Position numbers and translations under genes: made by a program | Shown: piece after piece, positions 57,924 to 64,000 of the stretch | How the letters are laid out: every line of letters starts with the position of its first letter | Numbering within the stretch: position 1 is the first letter of the stretch | Source of the DNA: an uncultured Acidobacteriota bacterium | GTDB lineage: Bacteria > Acidobacteriota > Vicinamibacteria > Vicinamibacterales > CAVVIG01 | Direction: 5' to 3' | NCBI GenBank assembly: GCA_963745495.1 | Contig: CAVUXJ010000007.1 | Location: 165,471-229,470 of the forward strand | Length of the DNA: 64,000 nt | Notes under the pieces: generated by a model | What the model saw: only the letters and a program-made list of their open reading frames with translations | What the model was told of the DNA's origin: nothing | Database searches by the model: none

Positions 57924-58598
57924 TCCGTCATCAAGGGCTCGAACGTCCAGAGTGCGAGCGTCAGAAACACGGTGTCGACCGATCCGAGGACGCCAATCCA
58001 CATGACCGCGACCGGTTCGTCCACCGGGGACTGGAGCAGCGCCCCGGTGCCCAGTACGCCAGCAATCATGACGGGAATGGTGATCGGATACAACAGGATC
58101 GGCAGCATGACGTCCCGCGTGCGCGCCCGAACCAGCATCGCGGCGAACAGCGTGCCAACGGAGGCGAATCCGATTGTCCCCAGCACGAGCAGCGCGATCA
58201 GCAGCAAGGGGCGCGAGAACAGCGGGGCCCGGAACAGGAAGGCGATCGTTGGAACCAGCAGCAACTCGGCCGTCGTCATCAGCACGACCATTCCAAGCAG
58301 TTTACCGACGTAGATGGCCGCGCGCGGGGCGGGCGCCAGCAGGAGCGCCCGAAGCGTCTCCGCATACCGCTCGCGCTCGAACGTGCGCCCGAGCGCCAGC
58401 GTCCCGGCAAACGCAATCGCGACCCACAGAATCCCAGGGGCGGCGCCGGGGACCGGCTCGCCCTCTTTCACGAACGCAATCGAGAAAATCATCACGCACG
58501 AGATGGCGAAGAGGAGCGTCGTGTACCAGAATCTCCCGGCTCCTCACCTCGATGGCGAAGTCCTTCTTCAGCACGAGGAGCGCGGTTTTCAGGAACAT
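57920..58598 (-). CDS. ccmB: heme exporter protein CcmB, one frameshift (extra G/C at about 58525)
   Basis: ATG 58598: MFLKTALLVLKKDFAIEVRSREIL (ORF 58302..58700). Deleting one base in ctGGtac restores ..ILYTTLLFAISCVMIFSIAFVKE.., which joins ORF 57920..58495. Confidence 0.8.
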
Positions 58599-58716
58599 CT
58601 GTTTGCGGTCCGGCCTGTGTTCCTCGTTCCGGGGAACGCCGAACGCAGAATGTCGAACGTGGAACGGCACACGAGGCACCGGCGAACCAGCACCGGACAC
58701 GGCGTCCCGATGATTC

Positions 58717-59424
58717 TCACGCGCTGCCGACCAGCGCGCGATAGCGGGCGCGGAGACCGGTGCCGGCCTTCTCGTCGGAGACGAGGCGGCCGCTGTGAAT
58801 CACCGCCACGCGGGTGACCAGGCCGTCGGCGAGGTCGAGGTCGTGGGTGGCGAGCACGACAATCGTGCCTTCGTCGGCGAGACGCCGGAGCCGGTCCGAG
58901 ATGTTCGCCACCGCCTGGTCGTCGAGCCCGGTGAAGGGCTCATCGAACAGGACGAGCCTGGGCCGATGCATCAGCGAACGCTCGAGCGCGAGCCGCTGCC
59001 GCATGCCGCGCGAATAGGCCGACACCTCGTCGTCCGCCCGATCGCTGAGGGCGGCCGCTTCGAGCGCCGCCGGCACTACAGCGCGGGAATCGAGACCGTA
59101 GAGACGCGCAAAGAAATCCAGATTCTGGCGCGCCGACAGCTCGGGATAGAGGTGCAGTTCGTGGGCCAGCAGTCCGATGCAGCGGCGAATGTCCGAACCG
59201 GCACGTAACGACGGCCGCTCTCCATACAGGATGCGACCGCTCGTCGGGGTGACAAGCGTGGCCAGCATGCCGATGAGCGTCGATTTGCCCGCGCCGTTGG
59301 GGCCCAGCAAACCCAGGATGTCGCCGCGGCGTACGGTAAGCGTCACGCGCGTGACGGCGCGACGCCGCCCGAAATGACGCGACACGTCGGCAACTTCGAC
59401 CCGGTCGAAGTCAAAGTGGTCCAT
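58717..59424 (-). CDS. ccmA: ABC transporter ATP-binding protein CcmA
   Basis: ATG 59424 inside ORF 58717..59517: ..GLLGPNGAGKSTLIGML (Walker A)..YSRGMRQRLAL (signature)..LVLFDEP (Walker B). Confidence 0.8.
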   Translation of the reverse strand: MDHFDFDRVEVADVSRHFGRRRAVTRVTLTVRRGDILGLLGPNGAGKSTLIGMLATLVTPTSGRILYGERPSLRAGSDIRRCIGLLAHELHLYPELSARQNLDFFARLYGLDSRAVVPAALEAAALSDRADDEVSAYSRGMRQRLALERSLMHRPRLVLFDEPFTGLDDQAVANISDRLRRLADEGTIVVLATHDLDLADGLVTRVAVIHSGRLVSDEKAGTGLRARYRALVGSA

Positions 59425-59569
59425 TTCATGAGTCCGGTGAGGCACCGAGGGCGTCGAGGCGCCCGCCTCGCAAGGCGCGAGGAGGGAGAATACCGGGAGT
59501 ATTTGACCGGCAAGCAACGCAGCGAGGCGGAATGCATCGGCGGCCGAATGCCACCGGCCTCATGAAACG
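59422..59569 (+). repeat. conserved ~110-nt intergenic element, copy Y, closed by an 18-bp stem that includes the ccmA start codon
   Basis: The core 59441-59550 aligns to 55875-55981. The closing stem is catttcatgagtccggtg (59422-39) / caccggcctcatgaaacg (59552-69), 16/18 pairs. The arm sequences are unrelated to those of copy X. Confidence 0.75.
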
Positions 59570-59580
59570 GGCCACCAAAC

Positions 59581-60831
59581 TCACGCGGTGACGCCGGCGC
59601 CGCCAGCGGGCTCGAGAGTCGTCTCGTCGGCGTCGAGCGCACCGTAGACGTGTTCGAGGGCGCTCACGAGCTCCTCCCGCCGCACGGCATACCGCGATGG
59701 GTCACCCCGACCGCGCCGCCGGTCGAGTTCGAGCCGCACCAGATCCTGAAATAACTTCTCGCGGCGCGCGATCAGCGCTTTGCGCGCAGCGCCCCGCTGC
59801 TCGGGGTTGTGCCGGCTGGCCGCCCAGACGCCGACGGCCACGATGACCAGCGCGATCGAGAGCGCGACGGTGCGTGGCACACGGCTGTGATGCGGCAGGT
59901 CCGTGATGCTAAGGACTACTGGTTCCCCCGCCGCGACACTCCCGGTTCCAGCCGCGGCGATGTACAGCTGACCGTTGGCCGGCATCTCCTGTTGTTTGGC
60001 GATCTGCGGCGAGGAAAGCCGTGTGTTACCCACTTTCTTCACGATGACGGCCAGGTGCGCCAACGGGGCGGGAAACGGCTGCGAAATCTCGATGGAGCCG
60101 CTGGAAGACACCGGCAGCGCGAACGCCGCCTGTACCAATGTGTTGCCGGGCGCAAAGGGCCCCTGCACCTGCACGCGCAGGCCATTCACGCTCGCTTGCG
60201 GCGAGGAGCCCTCCATGATGCTGGCGCCAAGCGCACTGGTCGGGACGTCGAACCTGAATGGCGTGGGGGGGTTGACCGGCACCTGAGCCGTGTTGGAGAT
60301 GTCGAGCAGATAGTAGACGCGGGCTCGTTCCTCTCCATCGGGCTCGATCACAATGCGCGATTCGCCGCCGATGATCACGGGGCCCGTCACCGCGGGCGCC
60401 TTGGCCGCTTCCGCCGCCCGCGCTTCCTTCTCCTTGTCGGTCGCGACGAGCAGCATGCGAATGCCGCCGCCGGCAGGCGCCGGGAAGTCCTGCGACTCGA
60501 GCCGCTCCCCGTCGACAACCGCCACGGCCTTGAGCGGCGCGCCAGGCTTCAGACCGCTGAACTGCGCACGGCCGCCCTCGTCGGTCGCGACCACGGTCAC
60601 CTTGCCGTCCACGTGGAGCTCGACCGGATGGTTCACGATGTTGTTCGAGAGATCGCCGCGAACGAGGCGGACGGAAACAGTGCCCGCCGGCAGGTCGTCA
60701 ACCGGTCGGGGAATGCCCGACATCTGTCTGGCGTCCGGCATGGCGACCTGCGCCGTCACGTAGGTCCAACCGACAAGGATCCCGACGGCACACACAATAA
60801 CGCTCGTGATCGTCCGCTTCCCGCCGCTCAT
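59581..60831 (-). CDS. ccm-operon membrane protein: N-terminal TM, beta-rich periplasmic domains, C-terminal TM + coiled coil
   Basis: ATG 60831 inside ORF 59581..60954: MSGGKRTITSVIVCAVGILVGW..VSVRLVRGDLSNNIVNHPVELHVDGK..VALSIALVIVAVGVWA..REKLFQDLVRLELDRRRG. No family recognised. Intact. Confidence 0.55.
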   Translation of the reverse strand: MSGGKRTITSVIVCAVGILVGWTYVTAQVAMPDARQMSGIPRPVDDLPAGTVSVRLVRGDLSNNIVNHPVELHVDGKVTVVATDEGGRAQFSGLKPGAPLKAVAVVDGERLESQDFPAPAGGGIRMLLVATDKEKEARAAEAAKAPAVTGPVIIGGESRIVIEPDGEERARVYYLLDISNTAQVPVNPPTPFRFDVPTSALGASIMEGSSPQASVNGLRVQVQGPFAPGNTLVQAAFALPVSSSGSIEISQPFPAPLAHLAVIVKKVGNTRLSSPQIAKQQEMPANGQLYIAAAGTGSVAAGEPVVLSITDLPHHSRVPRTVALSIALVIVAVGVWAASRHNPEQRGAARKALIARREKLFQDLVRLELDRRRGRGDPSRYAVRREELVSALEHVYGALDADETTLEPAGGAGVTA

Positions 60832-60885
60832 GCCCTTCCTGCCTCTCCTGCCCTCTGCCTCCGCCCTTCCTGCCGGTCCTGTCAT
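60831..60885 (-). repeat. G-rich GGCAGGAAGGGC element, copy B (G-rich on minus strand)
   Basis: Minus strand: atgacaggaccggcaggaagggcggaggcagagggcaggagaggcaggaagggca. It fills the whole spacer from stop 60885-87 to ATG 60831. Confidence 0.75.
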
Positions 60886-61475
60886 TAGAGCTTCGTCCCG
60901 CATGATTTGCAGAATTGCGCGTCGGCGTCGTTGGCCGTCGAGCAGCTCCCGCACGAGCGGGCAACGGGTTCCGCCGCAGCCTTCTCGCCCAGCCGCTTCA
61001 CCAGGTCGCGCTCGACTCGCTCACGGTACCCGGCGCTGGTCTCGAGTTGACGCATCAGCCTGCCGGCGCGAGCCCGCAAGCGGCCCGACATGACGCGGAA
61101 GTCCTCGTCGGAGACTTTCGCCATCGCCCGGTCGAATTCCAGCTCCTTGATGGCCCGAAGCGCGAGCAGCTTCTCGCGCTCCAGGGCGACGCGCGTGCGC
61201 GCGCCGATCATCGGCGTGCGGTCCTGATGCGACGTCACGAGCGGCCGGACTGCGCGAAGCGCTGCGATGCCAACGAGCGCTGTGGCGCCCATCACGATGG
61301 CCATCAGCACGACCGCGGTGACGCCCTGGCCACGAAGCAGAAACGTCACGCCGGTTGCGCAGGCCAGCGCGGCCAAGACGAAGAACTGCCAGGGGCGAAG
61401 GCCGTCGGCCGGTCCTTCGAACGGGGGCGGCCAGAGAGAATCGTGGGAACCGGCGTCGGCCGGACCGTCCGGCAC
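60885..61475 (-). CDS. ccm-operon membrane protein with coiled coil and C-terminal zinc ribbon
   Basis: GTG 61475 (1 nt after the ccmF-H stop): ..WQFFVLAALACATGVTFLL..AVVLMAIVMGATALVGIAAL..REKLLALRAIKELEFDRAMAKVSDEDF..CGSCSTANDADAQFCKSCGTKL. It is the tail of ORF 60885..62057. Confidence 0.6.
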   Translation of the reverse strand: MPDGPADAGSHDSLWPPPFEGPADGLRPWQFFVLAALACATGVTFLLRGQGVTAVVLMAIVMGATALVGIAALRAVRPLVTSHQDRTPMIGARTRVALEREKLLALRAIKELEFDRAMAKVSDEDFRVMSGRLRARAGRLMRQLETSAGYRERVERDLVKRLGEKAAAEPVARSCGSCSTANDADAQFCKSCGTKL

Positions 61476-61476
61476 C

Positions 61477-63951
<2,475 letters not shown>

Positions 63952-64000
63952 TCAGCTGACCTTCTTCTCTTCGTATTTCGACGGGCACTTCGCCATCACC
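63952..64000 (-). CDS. ccmE: cytochrome c maturation heme chaperone CcmE, C-terminal fragment only
   Basis: My minus-strand translation gives ..VMAKCPSKYEEKKVS*, with TGA directly abutting the ccmF ATG. Only 16 codons are visible. Confidence 0.5.
   Translation of the reverse strand, partial: VMAKCPSKYEEKKVS

Overview
This is a high-G+C (roughly two-thirds G+C by eye) bacterial chromosomal window. Gene content looks like a diderm soil lineage (Acidobacteriota/Gemmatimonadota-like), but I cannot verify that. I saw no rRNA, tRNA, CRISPR, transposase or integrase.

There are about 55 protein genes:
- A very dense set of envelope-glycan genes: six GT-C-like polytopic membrane proteins, three UPF0104 flippase-like proteins, two polyprenyl-phosphate-type GT2s, two GT-B (GT4) enzymes, four methyltransferases, an epimerase, a hexapeptide acyltransferase and an MBOAT + DHHW/AlgJ-like O-acylation pair.
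- Within that set, an intact operon of radical-SAM/SPASM, IPT/TIG lipoprotein, CofD/YvcK-like::GT2-like fusion and nucleotidyltransferase.
- Tandemly duplicated GMC oxidoreductases with a single Tat small subunit.
- A paralogous lipoprotein family.
- Housekeeping genes: dtd, ttcA, glpD-like, suhB-like, aroA-aroK.
- A System I cytochrome c maturation operon: ccmE (partial), a ccmF-ccmH fusion, two extra membrane proteins, ccmA-B-C-D and a small TM ORF.

Two caveats apply. Most long ORFs in the supplied track are antisense or out-of-frame shadows typical of high-GC DNA. About half of the real genes are interrupted by +/-1 frameshifts (about 50-60 in total by my manual frame tracking), so many coordinates are spans joined across ORF-track fragments.

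Non-coding highlights:
- 13 AT-rich composite palindromes built from tandem 7-9-nt words, sitting at operon junctions.
- Three copies of a G-rich GGCAGGAAGGGC element.
- Two copies of a ~110-nt conserved element, each closed by a locus-specific stem, next to a 37-nt-arm inverted repeat.
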